Below are positions 54,104-64,000 of a stretch of DNA of 64,000 nucleotides, piece after piece. The stretch is from positions 245 through 64,244 of the forward strand of contig CAMDBK010000002.1 in NCBI GenBank assembly GCA_945889235.1, written 5' to 3'. A program made the translations under genes and the position numbers. Source of the DNA: Chitinophaga pinensis (lineage in GTDB: Bacteria > Bacteroidota > Bacteroidia > SXHM01). Below the pieces are notes generated by a model. That model was not told where the DNA came from and made no database searches. It saw only the letters and a list, made by a program, of their open reading frames with translations. Each line of letters opens with the position of its first letter. Position 1 is the first letter of the stretch.

Positions 54104-56569
54104 TTAAAATCCTAAACTGATTCGTATTGCAGTACGGGCCTTGTGGTTGTTTTCAAAAGCGGCTATAAAATCCACTCTGCCTATTTTAAAGATGTGTTCC
54201 AGTCCGGCAGTTACTTCAACATACTGATGGTTATTTCTGAAATCCCAGAGAAAATGCGAACCGGCAACAGGCTGCCATCCTAACTTTTTCCAGACGGGAA
54301 TGGTTCCGAAAAGAAAACCATTGAAGTGATGTTCGTAATGCGCTTCAAGGTATTCACCGGATGTGCTTAAACGATAATATGGCATAGCACGGAAAGCTGA
54401 TAAACGTTGAGGTGCAAGAATAACTTCACTTGTCATAAAATGCCTATAATCTATAAAGGGAAGATTATTTTTATTGAAATATTTGCCAACGCTGACGGTA
54501 TATTCCGAAGTTCCGAACACACCTAACTTCATATCGTCTTCCACTGAGATTTTTACAAAATCAAAATTAGTTTTGCTTTGAAAAATTCCTGCAATTCCTT
54601 TTTCATAAGCAATTCTGATAATCGGATACACGGAAGATGAATTGAATTTTTCATGTGGATATAAATAATATTTCTGGCCGAAACGAATACGCAGACTGGC
54701 ATTAAAGGTGAAGGCTCTGTAACCAACAAACGCAGCAATATCACTTTCGGGATATTCAGGATTGTTGGAAGTAAACTCATTGTTTTTCCTGTCAACATAA
54801 ATTGCGCTCAGATCTGTTGCGTTTAATAACGGTTTGCGTGCGGCATATTCAAAACCGGTGTTGAGTGTAACACCGTTGAAAATTTCCATTCCCCAACCCG
54901 CATTCAAAAAAGTTTTTTCAAAAATTTTCAGATAATTCTTTTCTAAAAAGATTGTGTAAAGCGTATTGATAAAGGGCGCAATAGGATTTGCTTCGTTATA
55001 TTGACTTACAAATTTTCCAAAGTTTGCATAAATATTCATGCGGTTAATCGCGTTGAAACGGTAATTGAATCCGGCTTTACCGTAAAATTTCTGACTGGAA
55101 AAACCATAACGAAACGTGTTATCAAAACGAAAACGTTTTTTCAATTCTTTGTGCTCCCATTCCAGACTGTACGTAGGATTTAGCACAATTCCTTCCACTG
55201 TGTTGAATTGTAAAATTTCAAACAGCGTTGGAATATTCCATTCCACATTTTTGAAAGAATTTTTTAGCCTGTAACCAAAAATAAAATTTGAAACGTGATA
55301 CTTGTTTTTCTTAATGTCGATGGAATCCATGTACACTTTACTATCCTTCAAAACCTCAATACTGTCTTTCTTCTGATAGTCCTGAACTTCAAGCGCTGTA
55401 AGGGGAACAAGGCGCACATCGTTCCAGTATTCTTCACTTCGCTTGTTGGAGTTTTCTTCCACCTTTACTTTCTCTGCCTTGAAGAATTTTTTATTGAACT
55501 CAGGACCTAAATCGTATTTGGAATAAACTCCGGTGAAATAACCGTTGCCTTTAAATCCAAGCAGTTTCACATCAAATTTGAAATTGAAATTCTGTGTTCC
55601 CTTCATCCAAATATCATTAGTAACGGGAATAAAAACCTGTTCAATCCGCAGCGTATCAAGAAACTCAATATTTGATTCGCGGGTTAGGTAAAGTTCAACA
55701 CTGTGTATGCGCCAGGTATTTTCCTGAATGTAAATAAACCCGTTATAAACAGGCGCACCTTTTACCCTCGGAATAATTTCAATCTTGTTTACCAACACAC
55801 TGTCTTCATAATAAGCGCCCACTAATTTGTAGCGGTAGTGCAGCATTGCTGATGGCGCTATGGGCGAAATGAAATTGCGTTCGGCAAAACTTACTTCAAT
55901 GTTGGGCTCATAAAAATTGAAATCAAAATCAATGGCGCTGTTCCAGGTAAATGCCTGTGATTTTCCGCTTACTTTAGAAGAGATAATGGTTTCTTTCCGT
56001 TTGTTTGGCGCTTCAAAATACATGCGCGAAACCGATTCGCTGAGGTAAACAATTCCGCTGCGGCTGGCATCCAGCCCATCAACTTCAATGTTTTGACCTA
56101 GAATACTTTTAGGAATATTTTCTGCATAATTCATTCCTTTGATGTACACATTGCAGGAATATTTTTTTACCTGGCTGAGGTAAAACTTCCTCATCTCCTG
56201 TGCATGGCGGATAATATCATAAGCAGGGTCTTCACCATTTCCATTCACATCTGCCTCAGTCAATACAATTGCCTGAGTTTCCATTTTTACATCCAGTGTA
56301 ACATCGTCCCCACGTATTTCCACATTTCGTGTTTCGGTGCGGTAACCGATGTAGCGAAATACTACGTGATAAAAACCATCTTTCAGTTCCAGAAAATATT
56401 CACCATTGGTATTGGTTTGGGTGCTGATAGTAGTGCCTTCAATATAAACGGTGAGAAAACCGAGGGGCTCATTTTCTTTATCAGACACGCGGCCGGAAAG
56501 TTTTGCTGCAAAAGAATTAACTGCAAAAAAAGTTGCGGTAAATAGGAATATGAATTTTTTGAAAAACAT
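54104..56569 (-). CDS. CarboxypepD_reg + DUF5686-like large outer-membrane-associated protein
   Basis: Signal peptide MFFKKFIFLFTATFFAVNSFA, then GRVSDKENEPLGFLTVYIEGT..TNTNGEYF. The remainder is long and beta-rich. The DUF5686 assignment is from memory. Confidence 0.7.
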   Translation of the reverse strand: MFFKKFIFLFTATFFAVNSFAAKLSGRVSDKENEPLGFLTVYIEGTTISTQTNTNGEYFLELKDGFYHVVFRYIGYRTETRNVEIRGDDVTLDVKMETQAIVLTEADVNGNGEDPAYDIIRHAQEMRKFYLSQVKKYSCNVYIKGMNYAENIPKSILGQNIEVDGLDASRSGIVYLSESVSRMYFEAPNKRKETIISSKVSGKSQAFTWNSAIDFDFNFYEPNIEVSFAERNFISPIAPSAMLHYRYKLVGAYYEDSVLVNKIEIIPRVKGAPVYNGFIYIQENTWRIHSVELYLTRESNIEFLDTLRIEQVFIPVTNDIWMKGTQNFNFKFDVKLLGFKGNGYFTGVYSKYDLGPEFNKKFFKAEKVKVEENSNKRSEEYWNDVRLVPLTALEVQDYQKKDSIEVLKDSKVYMDSIDIKKNKYHVSNFIFGYRLKNSFKNVEWNIPTLFEILQFNTVEGIVLNPTYSLEWEHKELKKRFRFDNTFRYGFSSQKFYGKAGFNYRFNAINRMNIYANFGKFVSQYNEANPIAPFINTLYTIFLEKNYLKIFEKTFLNAGWGMEIFNGVTLNTGFEYAARKPLLNATDLSAIYVDRKNNEFTSNNPEYPESDIAAFVGYRAFTFNASLRIRFGQKYYLYPHEKFNSSSVYPIIRIAYEKGIAGIFQSKTNFDFVKISVEDDMKLGVFGTSEYTVSVGKYFNKNNLPFIDYRHFMTSEVILAPQRLSAFRAMPYYRLSTSGEYLEAHYEHHFNGFLFGTIPVWKKLGWQPVAGSHFLWDFRNNHQYVEVTAGLEHIFKIGRVDFIAAFENNHKARTAIRISLGF

Positions 56570-56679
56570 TTGAAGGGCGGTAAATTTAAGGATTAACTCT
56601 TCACACGTTTTTGAAACTTCTGTATAGTAGCCTAAACCTATTAAAAATTTAACAAGCCTCAGGTTATTCATAGGCCTTT

Positions 56680-59600
56680 CTACAACGCCTCCCCCGGCTT
56701 AACAACCTTCACCCACTTACCCGCTTTGCGTGCATTGATGTGTCCATCATACATGGCTTCACAACTTTGCGCAGGCAGATAAAACTCACCGAGGTATGCA
56801 GCGTTAAGCAACACACGGAACGTAACCACTTTTTGTACACCGATATTAAAGTAAGTGAAAACCCTGTCGTCACGGATGTCCTGGTAGGTAGGCAGCGTTG
56901 TGTTTTCTAAATGCACATTTTCGGTCTCATCCATTCGTGTGTTGTGAATTTCCCAGCCCGAAGGAAATATCTGCGACAAAGCCATGTTCTGGTAATACGA
57001 TGTTATAGTTGGGTTGGTGATACTTACTTCCGCCATAAAATCGGTTCCCTGGTCAAGGCGACTGATGTCAATCACTTCGCCTTTCATGTTCTTATAGGTG
57101 ATGTTCATTTTCAGATTATTCTCTGCTGAAGTTTCGTTGCCGACAGCGGGAATTCCTTCCAATGTCATGCGCACATACAAGATGCCTTCGCCCTGATTGA
57201 TGACTTTCAGCTTGCCACCTGCATCGCCTTTTACCTTCATGTCCACCTGCGAAACAGGAAGCTTTGAGGTGATGGTTTCGGAAGAAGCTCCCTGCCCGAC
57301 TGCGTCATTCAGGCGGGCGTTGAGCACATACTGGTATTTCATCTGCGAGGAAGTTCCGCTTGTTCCTGCAAACTTGCTCATGGCGATAAGGCTGTAAGCG
57401 GTTTCCTGCGTTGACATCCAGCGCTGGCCCGAGAGGGCAGACGATATTTTTTTCATCAGCGGAATGGCTTCATTCCTGCGGTTGAGCATCACCATCGTTT
57501 CCAGTATCATTGCTTCATCACGCGTGCCGCTTCCATAGGAATAGGCCATCTCGGTATAGTCGGGAACATATATATTCTGGTCTTTGACCAGCTGCGTGGC
57601 AACTTCGGGTTGACCGGCAAGAATATAAGCGGCAGCCAGCCTCCAGCGTGCCTGTTGTGTAAGCGCAGGACGCTCACGCAAACGGTTCATAGCCGAAAGT
57701 TCAGGAGCTTTTGCAAGCGCAAGCGTATAGAGCCTGTAAGCCTGCACATAGTCATCATAGCGGTAATAATATGCCGATCTTGAATCGGTAATTGCCGACC
57801 AGTTTCTTGCCACGCGGCTCTGATATGTTTTCCATTTTGCTTTCATTCCTTCGGGCCATGCATAGCCTTTTGCTTCTGCTTCCAGCAGGAAATGCCCGGC
57901 ATACGAAGTGCCCCAGTCGCTTGATTCCGTGCCATTAGGCCAGTATGCAAGTCCGCCATCAGAATACTGAAAGCTTCGCAGGCGGTGAATTGCAGCCTTG
58001 ATGTTTTCCTCAATTTTAGGCTTGAACCTGTTATCCAGTTCCATTACATCCGAAAGAAACAACTGCGGAAATACAGATGAAGTGGTTTGCTCCACGCAGC
58101 CGTGAGGATATTCAATCAGGTCTTGCAGCCTTCTGCCAAGGTCAAGCGGAGGCATGTTTGAAAACTCAATTGTGCCTTTGTTTGTGCCATCCACTCCCAA
58201 CAATGTATAAGCGCTTTCCCAGGTTTTTCCTGCTTCCACAACAGCTTCCACATAGCTCACTTGTTTAGGATTTGGGTTACGCACATCAATCTCAATGTTG
58301 TATTCCGCACGCTCGTTTCCACTGGTGGCAACCACTTTTACTTTTCCGACACCAACAGTTTTAACAACGTCCAGCTCAAACGTGATCACATCATCACCCG
58401 GCTCCGCGAATGCAATAGTTTTTGTTTTGCTTCCATTGATGATGAATTTCTCGTTCACTGAAACTTCCACCTTCACATTCTTGATATTTTTTTCCATCGC
58501 GAAAACGGTAACAGGAAGTTTTACCGACTCGCCCGGACCAACCACACGCGGCAGGGTAGCTAACACCATCACGGGTTTACGGACAGGTGTAGTTTTTTCA
58601 TCAGTGCCGTAAGCGCCATCTTGTTCTGCGATTAACATCGTGCGCACAGAGCCAACATAGTTCGGCATTTTATAACTATGCGAAGCGCTTTTTCCTTTCT
58701 CCAATTTAAAAGGACCAAGGAATTTTACAACCGGTTTAAAACGGTTGGCTGTGTTTTTTCCTTTGCCGTTAATTCCTTCATCACCGCCAATCGCGAAAGC
58801 CTGCTCAATTTTTCCGCCATACGCGCCCAGCACCAGATCATACATATCCCAGGTTTTTACGCCCAGCGCTTCACGCGCATAGAAAGAACTCCAGGGGTCA
58901 GGTGTTTTAAAACGCGTAAGGTCAAGCAAGCCTTCATCCACCACAGCAATGGTATACGTCATTGCTTTGCCGTTTTTCTCTTTCACTTTAATTGTAACAT
59001 CCTGTTCAGGAGCCAGCACTTCAGGCATGCTCATTTCAGGATCCAGTTTTGTGTTGGGGTCTTCCACAAAGATTGGTATAACACCATACATACGTATCGG
59101 TAAATCATTAGCAGTTTGTGAATGCGGTTGCAGTAAGGTTACATGCGCATACACATTTGGCGCCATCTCAGGAGTAATCTTAAACTGGAAAGTAGTTTCA
59201 CCTTTTTTCGCTTCTACCCAATTCATTTGCAATACTTTTTTACCGGATTCAATACTTACCAATGCACGCCCCTGCGCACCGGTCGGTATAGTAAGCGTGG
59301 CTAATTCACCTACATTGTATTTGTCTTTATCGCAGGAAAAAGAAAGAATATTTGCGCCTGAATTATCTTCATACGAGCGACTTGCCCAACCGGGCCAGTC
59401 AAGATAAATGGGTGCTCCGGCACTGTGTCCGCCTTCCAGATCTGTTACGCGAATCATAAATCTTCCCCATTCCGGATATTCAATTTTGAAATCGTATTTA
59501 CCTTTTCCGGCTGCATCGGTGGTAATGGTATCGCGGTAAAATAACTTGTTGTTATAACTGCCTGCGTAGTATCCATAATAGTTAGCGCTTTCCCACCACC

Positions 59601-62340
59601 AGTTCCACTGCACTTTATAAATTTCAATCTGCACATTGCGTTTTGGCAACACTTTTCCTTCAGGACTTACCGAAACAAAATTTACACTGTGAGTAGAATC
59701 AACTAACAACATGTTGTGATACTTGTCACCTGTGGGAACTTTTAATCCCATGTAACACTCATAAGGAGAATAAGGAATACTGAAACGGTCAATGCTGTAA
59801 TCACCACCTTCTTCAAACACACGGTTTACAAAACTTGCTTTCAACATTCCGGGAGCGGCATCGTGAACGGTAAGAGCGGGTTTTATTTTCGCTTCACCTT
59901 TCTCGTTGATTTTTGAATCGAAGATTATTTGCTCCTCTGAACTGAAGCTTTTCACAGGATCGTCAAAAACATATTCTTTGAATTTCTCAAATGAAGTATA
60001 GCTCTGCGTCAATGTTACAGCAACTGTTGCACGAAGATTTCTTGCAGTAGCACCATGCAACCATTTCACAGAAAGCAAACCTTCCTGGTCGGGCTTATCC
60101 ACCGAAAGTATTTCTGTTCCGAAATCTAATTTCAGTTTCAGGCGATTGGGCTTGATAGCTTCCACACGCAGGTTTTTGCTGAACAAAGCGCCACCCACGC
60201 GCACATTGGCTGTCCAGTTTCCGGTAGGCGCATCCTTGTCAGTGGCAGTAGCCATATTGTATAAGCCATTGACACCATTAGACTGTGTCAGGCGTTTAAC
60301 AATCTGCCCTTGCGGGTTTACCAGGTCCATGGTTACCGGGTGGTTCACCGGCAGCACTTTTTCCTTGTCTTCCAAAATGAACACCAGGAATAATGAATCA
60401 CCAGGCCTCCAGACACCACGCTCACCATAGATAAATCCTTTCAAGCCTTTCTGCACCGGCTGCCCGGAAATATCAAACTTGCTGAGCGAAAGCGATGAGC
60501 CATCATCTAATTTCAGGTAGCCACGTTGCCTGCCATTTTTAGCAATTAACAGAAATGGCTTGCGCGAAACTTCAACTTCTGCAATTCCATTGTTATTGGT
60601 TTTTACAGAGGTAATTAGTTGCTGCTGGAAATCATAAACCTCAAGCGTAATGCCGCGAAGCGGGTTTGCTGTGCGCAGGTCAGTAACTGCAAAGCTTATT
60701 GTTTTTGCAGAGCCCACTTTGGCAATTATTCCCAAATCAGAAGCAAGGATGTTGCGGCTTACATTGCGGTTGCTGTTGTAATATGCAGCATTACATGGAT
60801 TATCACGCTGACGATAGTCATAGTCACCGTAGTAATCACCATCATAATACTCGTCTTCGTAATCGTTATAGTAGTAATCATCGTAATAATAATCACCATA
60901 ATAACTGTCTTCATCCTCGTCTTCCTCTTCTTCCTCCAAAGGTTGCAACTCTTTATTTTTCTTCTCATCGCCATCACAGGTGTAGAGCGAGTAATCCTGT
61001 TTGAAGCCAAGTTCTATTTTATAGATAGCGCCCGGCTCGGTTTCTATCAGTTCAGCAAGGTCGAGCGAGAAGGCATTCCACTTTCCGTAATCAGTTTTGT
61101 TCAGTGTTTTTAAATCCACTTTTTTCTTGAACACAGTTCTTCCAACGCGTTTCAACTGGCTGCTTCCATCTAAGCGGTTTACTTGTAAAAACTGCGCGAT
61201 GTTATTTTCATAGATGCGGATAACTTTTACATCCACCGCGCTCAGATTCACTGCTTCAAATGGAAATATCAAACCGCTTGAATTAGGAAGGATAACTCCA
61301 TCTCCCAACAGGCGCACAGCGGGTTTTACTTCTTCGAAACGAACATCCAACACTTCTTTTACCTCGCATTTATAACCGGCAATATTTTTTATTCCCGGCT
61401 CGATGATGATGTTTTTAACACCGCGCAAACGTGATGTCGGGTAAACACGCACTTCGTTATTTTCAATAATAAACCGAACGGGACTGTCATCCGAAAAACG
61501 GATAAGACCATCTAAGTTTTGTGTGCTGAGCAAGGGATCGGAAAAGAGCAGACGCACATATTGTTCTCCGTTTTGTTCCAGATAATGTTCTACATAACGG
61601 AAATCTTTCAGGCCGGGAATTGTGATGGTATCGCTGCCGCTGCCTTTGATGCCGATAGCATTGCCATCCCAGGTAACGATAATTTTCTGTTCGTATTCGA
61701 GGCGCTGAATGCTGTCGATATCAAAGTTGTGTTTTCTGCGGTCGGCATTGTGAGTCCATTTGATGGGAAGATTTTTACCGTTCTGTTTTGCAGAAAGTAT
61801 TTTCTCAAAACTTTCGTTGTCACTGAAATCGGAAGTGGTCATAAAACCATATGCTTTATACCATGAAAGATTATCGTTGTTGAGTGGTTTAAATCCATCG
61901 CGGTAATAACCGACCGTTTGCTCAATGATGGTAAAATAAAACTCAAAGGTTTCCAAACCATCGGGCATTTTCATCAATTTAGAGATGAAGAAACTGGCGG
62001 TGTAGTCAACACCGGAAGGCAGAGGAGCATCGGGTTTAAAGCGGATGGTGCGTTTATCGTCCCAATAGGTTTTGCCGCTGATGCCGGGCGAGAAATCAAA
62101 AAGTTCTCCTTTAATTACTTCACCGGGAATACCGGCTTTCTCATAATCACTGGTGAGGCGAATGATGATACCGGATTCGGAAGAGATGAGGCCGGAGGTG
62201 AAGGCAGAGATGTAGGGCGCAAACTCAGGATTTACACGCTGCACTTCATGTGTTTTTGCATTGTAACGGATAATTATAACAATGAACAGAGTGAATGCCG
62301 CAGCGGCTGCCAGCAGCTTGATAATTTTTTTGTTTGACAT
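56680..62340 (-). CDS. Bacterial alpha-2-macroglobulin family protein (thioester type)
   Basis: 1886 aa with an N-terminal TM anchor and multiple MG-like domains. The thioester motif GCVEQ is at 58087-58101. The following region (SDGGLAYWP...) resembles an alpha-helical TED. Confidence 0.9.
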   Translation of the reverse strand: MSNKKIIKLLAAAAAFTLFIVIIIRYNAKTHEVQRVNPEFAPYISAFTSGLISSESGIIIRLTSDYEKAGIPGEVIKGELFDFSPGISGKTYWDDKRTIRFKPDAPLPSGVDYTASFFISKLMKMPDGLETFEFYFTIIEQTVGYYRDGFKPLNNDNLSWYKAYGFMTTSDFSDNESFEKILSAKQNGKNLPIKWTHNADRRKHNFDIDSIQRLEYEQKIIVTWDGNAIGIKGSGSDTITIPGLKDFRYVEHYLEQNGEQYVRLLFSDPLLSTQNLDGLIRFSDDSPVRFIIENNEVRVYPTSRLRGVKNIIIEPGIKNIAGYKCEVKEVLDVRFEEVKPAVRLLGDGVILPNSSGLIFPFEAVNLSAVDVKVIRIYENNIAQFLQVNRLDGSSQLKRVGRTVFKKKVDLKTLNKTDYGKWNAFSLDLAELIETEPGAIYKIELGFKQDYSLYTCDGDEKKNKELQPLEEEEEDEDEDSYYGDYYYDDYYYNDYEDEYYDGDYYGDYDYRQRDNPCNAAYYNSNRNVSRNILASDLGIIAKVGSAKTISFAVTDLRTANPLRGITLEVYDFQQQLITSVKTNNNGIAEVEVSRKPFLLIAKNGRQRGYLKLDDGSSLSLSKFDISGQPVQKGLKGFIYGERGVWRPGDSLFLVFILEDKEKVLPVNHPVTMDLVNPQGQIVKRLTQSNGVNGLYNMATATDKDAPTGNWTANVRVGGALFSKNLRVEAIKPNRLKLKLDFGTEILSVDKPDQEGLLSVKWLHGATARNLRATVAVTLTQSYTSFEKFKEYVFDDPVKSFSSEEQIIFDSKINEKGEAKIKPALTVHDAAPGMLKASFVNRVFEEGGDYSIDRFSIPYSPYECYMGLKVPTGDKYHNMLLVDSTHSVNFVSVSPEGKVLPKRNVQIEIYKVQWNWWWESANYYGYYAGSYNNKLFYRDTITTDAAGKGKYDFKIEYPEWGRFMIRVTDLEGGHSAGAPIYLDWPGWASRSYEDNSGANILSFSCDKDKYNVGELATLTIPTGAQGRALVSIESGKKVLQMNWVEAKKGETTFQFKITPEMAPNVYAHVTLLQPHSQTANDLPIRMYGVIPIFVEDPNTKLDPEMSMPEVLAPEQDVTIKVKEKNGKAMTYTIAVVDEGLLDLTRFKTPDPWSSFYAREALGVKTWDMYDLVLGAYGGKIEQAFAIGGDEGINGKGKNTANRFKPVVKFLGPFKLEKGKSASHSYKMPNYVGSVRTMLIAEQDGAYGTDEKTTPVRKPVMVLATLPRVVGPGESVKLPVTVFAMEKNIKNVKVEVSVNEKFIINGSKTKTIAFAEPGDDVITFELDVVKTVGVGKVKVVATSGNERAEYNIEIDVRNPNPKQVSYVEAVVEAGKTWESAYTLLGVDGTNKGTIEFSNMPPLDLGRRLQDLIEYPHGCVEQTTSSVFPQLFLSDVMELDNRFKPKIEENIKAAIHRLRSFQYSDGGLAYWPNGTESSDWGTSYAGHFLLEAEAKGYAWPEGMKAKWKTYQSRVARNWSAITDSRSAYYYRYDDYVQAYRLYTLALAKAPELSAMNRLRERPALTQQARWRLAAAYILAGQPEVATQLVKDQNIYVPDYTEMAYSYGSGTRDEAMILETMVMLNRRNEAIPLMKKISSALSGQRWMSTQETAYSLIAMSKFAGTSGTSSQMKYQYVLNARLNDAVGQGASSETITSKLPVSQVDMKVKGDAGGKLKVINQGEGILYVRMTLEGIPAVGNETSAENNLKMNITYKNMKGEVIDISRLDQGTDFMAEVSITNPTITSYYQNMALSQIFPSGWEIHNTRMDETENVHLENTTLPTYQDIRDDRVFTYFNIGVQKVVTFRVLLNAAYLGEFYLPAQSCEAMYDGHINARKAGKWVKVVKPGEAL

Positions 62341-62374
62341 GGTTTTGAGAGAAATGGTGAGCGTAGCGTTGTTA

Positions 62375-62382
62375 CAAATTTA
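62375..62382 (-). promoter_or_regulatory. Candidate -7 box (CAAATTTA on + strand)
   Basis: Reverse-complement TAAATTTG matches TAnnTTTG, 35 nt upstream of the A2M start. Confidence 0.4.
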
Positions 62383-62476
62383 GAAGATTGGTTGATAGGA
62401 TAACGGGGCAGTGAGGAATTTATTTTGCGTGCCAGAAAATATTTTACCACTCCATATCAAACCAAAGAAACCGACC

Positions 62477-63361
62477 CTAAAACACCATATACTCCTGCGG
62501 GTTCACCGGTTTTCCGTTATGCCATAGCTCAAAATGTAAATGCGGACCCGAAGTCATTTCGCCTGTGTTACCAACAATGGCAATCACTTCTCCTGCTTTA
62601 ACGTAGGTGCCTGTTTTTTTCAGCAAGGCTGAGTTGTGTTTATACATAGAAACAAGATTGTTTTCGTGCTGAATGCCGATGACATAGCCTGTGTCGGATG
62701 TCCAGCTTGAGAAAAGAACCGTTCCATCCAATGCAGCTTTTATAGGCTCGTTGGAGGGTGAAACAATATCAATTCCAAAATGACTTTGAAGAAGATTATA
62801 CTTTTCTGAAACCATGCCTTTCAAAGGCGAGAAGAAAAAAATGTTGCTCAAACCCTGATCCTGCTTTTGTCCTGTGCGCTGGGCTGGCGAAAGGTTATAG
62901 CGTCCCTCCTCTTCCACTTCAGCTCTAAGAAGTGAGTCTTCTTTAGAAACATTCATATTCAACTGTTTGTTTTTTGACAGGGTATCGGGTTTCATTGTTA
63001 TGCTGTCAGCCGGGGTCTGACCAAGTAAGATTTTTTTAAGATTTTCTATATATCTGTTTTTAGTGTCAAGTTCCATTTGCAATGAATCAGCTTTCATAAC
63101 ATTCATGTGATATTGTCTGCGGGTTGTTCCGTCAGGGTATCCCGGAATGTACTCACGCAACGGGGTAAAAGCAATAATATAGATAGTAAGTGTAACCAGA
63201 AAAATAATCACAGAACCGAATACTGTAATAACATTCATAGGGGTAAGTGTGAGTGAAGCCTTTTCTTCAAAAGTATCCACATTCATAATTACCAGCCTGT
63301 ATTTATTAATCAGCCGGCTGTATAGCTTTTTCTTACGATGCTCATTTTTTTCTTTTGCCAT
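62477..63361 (-). CDS. M23 family metallopeptidase with N-terminal membrane anchor
   Basis: HFGIDI...GNTGEMTSGPHLHFELW is the LytM/M23 signature. The start MAKEKNEH is supported by a -7 box at 63379-63386. Confidence 0.85.
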   Translation of the reverse strand: MAKEKNEHRKKKLYSRLINKYRLVIMNVDTFEEKASLTLTPMNVITVFGSVIIFLVTLTIYIIAFTPLREYIPGYPDGTTRRQYHMNVMKADSLQMELDTKNRYIENLKKILLGQTPADSITMKPDTLSKNKQLNMNVSKEDSLLRAEVEEEGRYNLSPAQRTGQKQDQGLSNIFFFSPLKGMVSEKYNLLQSHFGIDIVSPSNEPIKAALDGTVLFSSWTSDTGYVIGIQHENNLVSMYKHNSALLKKTGTYVKAGEVIAIVGNTGEMTSGPHLHFELWHNGKPVNPQEYMVF

Positions 63362-63378
63362 AACGCTATAGATTTGTG

Positions 63379-63386
63379 CAAAGTTA
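63379..63386 (-). promoter_or_regulatory. Candidate -7 box (CAAAGTTA on + strand)
   Basis: Reverse-complement TAACTTTG matches TAnnTTTG, 18 nt upstream of the ATG at 63361. Confidence 0.45.
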
Positions 63387-63469
63387 GCAATATGGAAAGG
63401 GTGAAAAAACAGCGTCATAACGAAGTAAGAAAAAATATATTTTACAACTCGTCCTACTGATATGCTCAC

Positions 63470-63477
63470 TATATTTG
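63470..63477 (+). promoter_or_regulatory. Candidate -7 box (TATATTTG)
   Basis: TAnnTTTG match ending 23 nt upstream of the ATG at 63500. Confidence 0.45.
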
Positions 63478-63499
63478 ATGCAAAATAAAGACAGGCACT

Positions 63500-64000
63500 A
63501 TGAAAAAGGCACAATTACTTTTACCAATTCTATTGTTGCTGACGGTTTTCAGCACAAAAACGCAGGCGCAATTTATAGGAACATTTTCCATTGACAGCTT
63601 AGTAGGGCTGCCCGATACGGTGAATGCAAATTCATCATATATGTTTGGTTTTAAAGTACGAAACGCAGGGAATACTACCTATTCAGGCAGTTTTAGTTTT
63701 GATTTTTTTGTTGACACAATGAATGGGGCTATCTCTTCATTCGGGGCCGGACAAACAGGCAGTTTTTTTCCGGGTGATACCATCACAATTCCGGTTTCAT
63801 ATCAGTTCAGTATTAGTAACAACACCTTCAATATAGGTGATAATGTGGTTGTGGTCTGGCCGCGTGCACTGCCGGGAAGCACTGTGTTAGATTCTCTTAC
63901 TTTTCATGTTTACGTAACCAACTTAAACGGAATTGACGAAAACGGGAAGACTAATTCAGACCTGAAAGTATTTCCTAATCCTGCAAAAGATTTTGTGAGT
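63500..64000 (+). CDS. Secreted protein with beginning of a type-A T9SS C-terminal sorting domain (3' end outside window)
   Basis: I translated it by hand: MKKAQLLLPILLLLTVFSTKTQAQ signal peptide, with no stop through 64000. It ends ...DLKVFPNPAKDFVS, the typical start of a Por/T9SS CTD. It is not in the ORF track. Confidence 0.6.
   Translation, partial: MKKAQLLLPILLLLTVFSTKTQAQFIGTFSIDSLVGLPDTVNANSSYMFGFKVRNAGNTTYSGSFSFDFFVDTMNGAISSFGAGQTGSFFPGDTITIPVSYQFSISNNTFNIGDNVVVVWPRALPGSTVLDSLTFHVYVTNLNGIDENGKTNSDLKVFPNPAKDFVS

Noticed and set aside
60619-61113. ORFs of 164, 101 and 83 aa overlapping the A2M low-complexity region
   Set aside because: They are generated by the GAT/GAA/TAT-rich repeat. 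The translations are pure low-complexity (IVIVV..., HHNN...).
43338-63514. N-terminal extensions in the ORF track (43364, 44725, 44737, 51400, 53465, 56671, 63514)
   Set aside because: In each case an internal Met gives the family-typical N-terminus or signal peptide. In several cases a -7 box or a palindromic repeat lies inside the proposed extension.

Overview
This is a chromosomal window from a Bacteroidota genome of roughly 40% GC. The assignment rests on T9SS C-terminal sorting domains, TAnnTTTG -7 promoter boxes, a TonB-dependent receptor with a CarboxypepD_reg N-domain, and the ftsX-DUF3098-uppP-truB-queA synteny. Positions 1-15.9 kb hold a surface-polysaccharide locus: glycosyltransferases, a Wzy-like polymerase, a bi-domain oxidoreductase, a DUF354/WecB module, an atypical phosphoglycosyl transferase, and three Wzi-like outer-membrane proteins. 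The rest is mostly housekeeping (purD, queA, truB, uppP, ftsX, lysS, rraA, hflX, leuS, slyD) mixed with envelope and secreted proteins. These include a propeller-PP2C sensor, two secreted amidohydrolases, TBDR+crtW, a C-type-lectin T9SS adhesin, TolC/MFP, an alpha-2-macroglobulin and an M23 peptidase. I found no rRNA, tRNA, CRISPR array, transposase, integrase or reverse transcriptase. The most unusual signals are non-genic. (1) About 1.5 kb at 5.0-6.5 kb is compositionally aberrant, with a G/T-depleted coding strand. It contains a 314-nt almost G-free tract and an orphan ORF, is bracketed by a 20-nt direct repeat, and splits the polysaccharide locus. (2) A family of about 35-nt palindromic elements serves as intergenic hairpins and also sits in frame inside leuS (3 copies) and uppP (1 copy). 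One inverted pair brackets the leuS start codon. (3) Several other hairpin-repeat families lie at gene junctions. (4) A G9 tract lies inside the Wzy-like gene. All functional calls come from reading the translations by eye; no database search was run.
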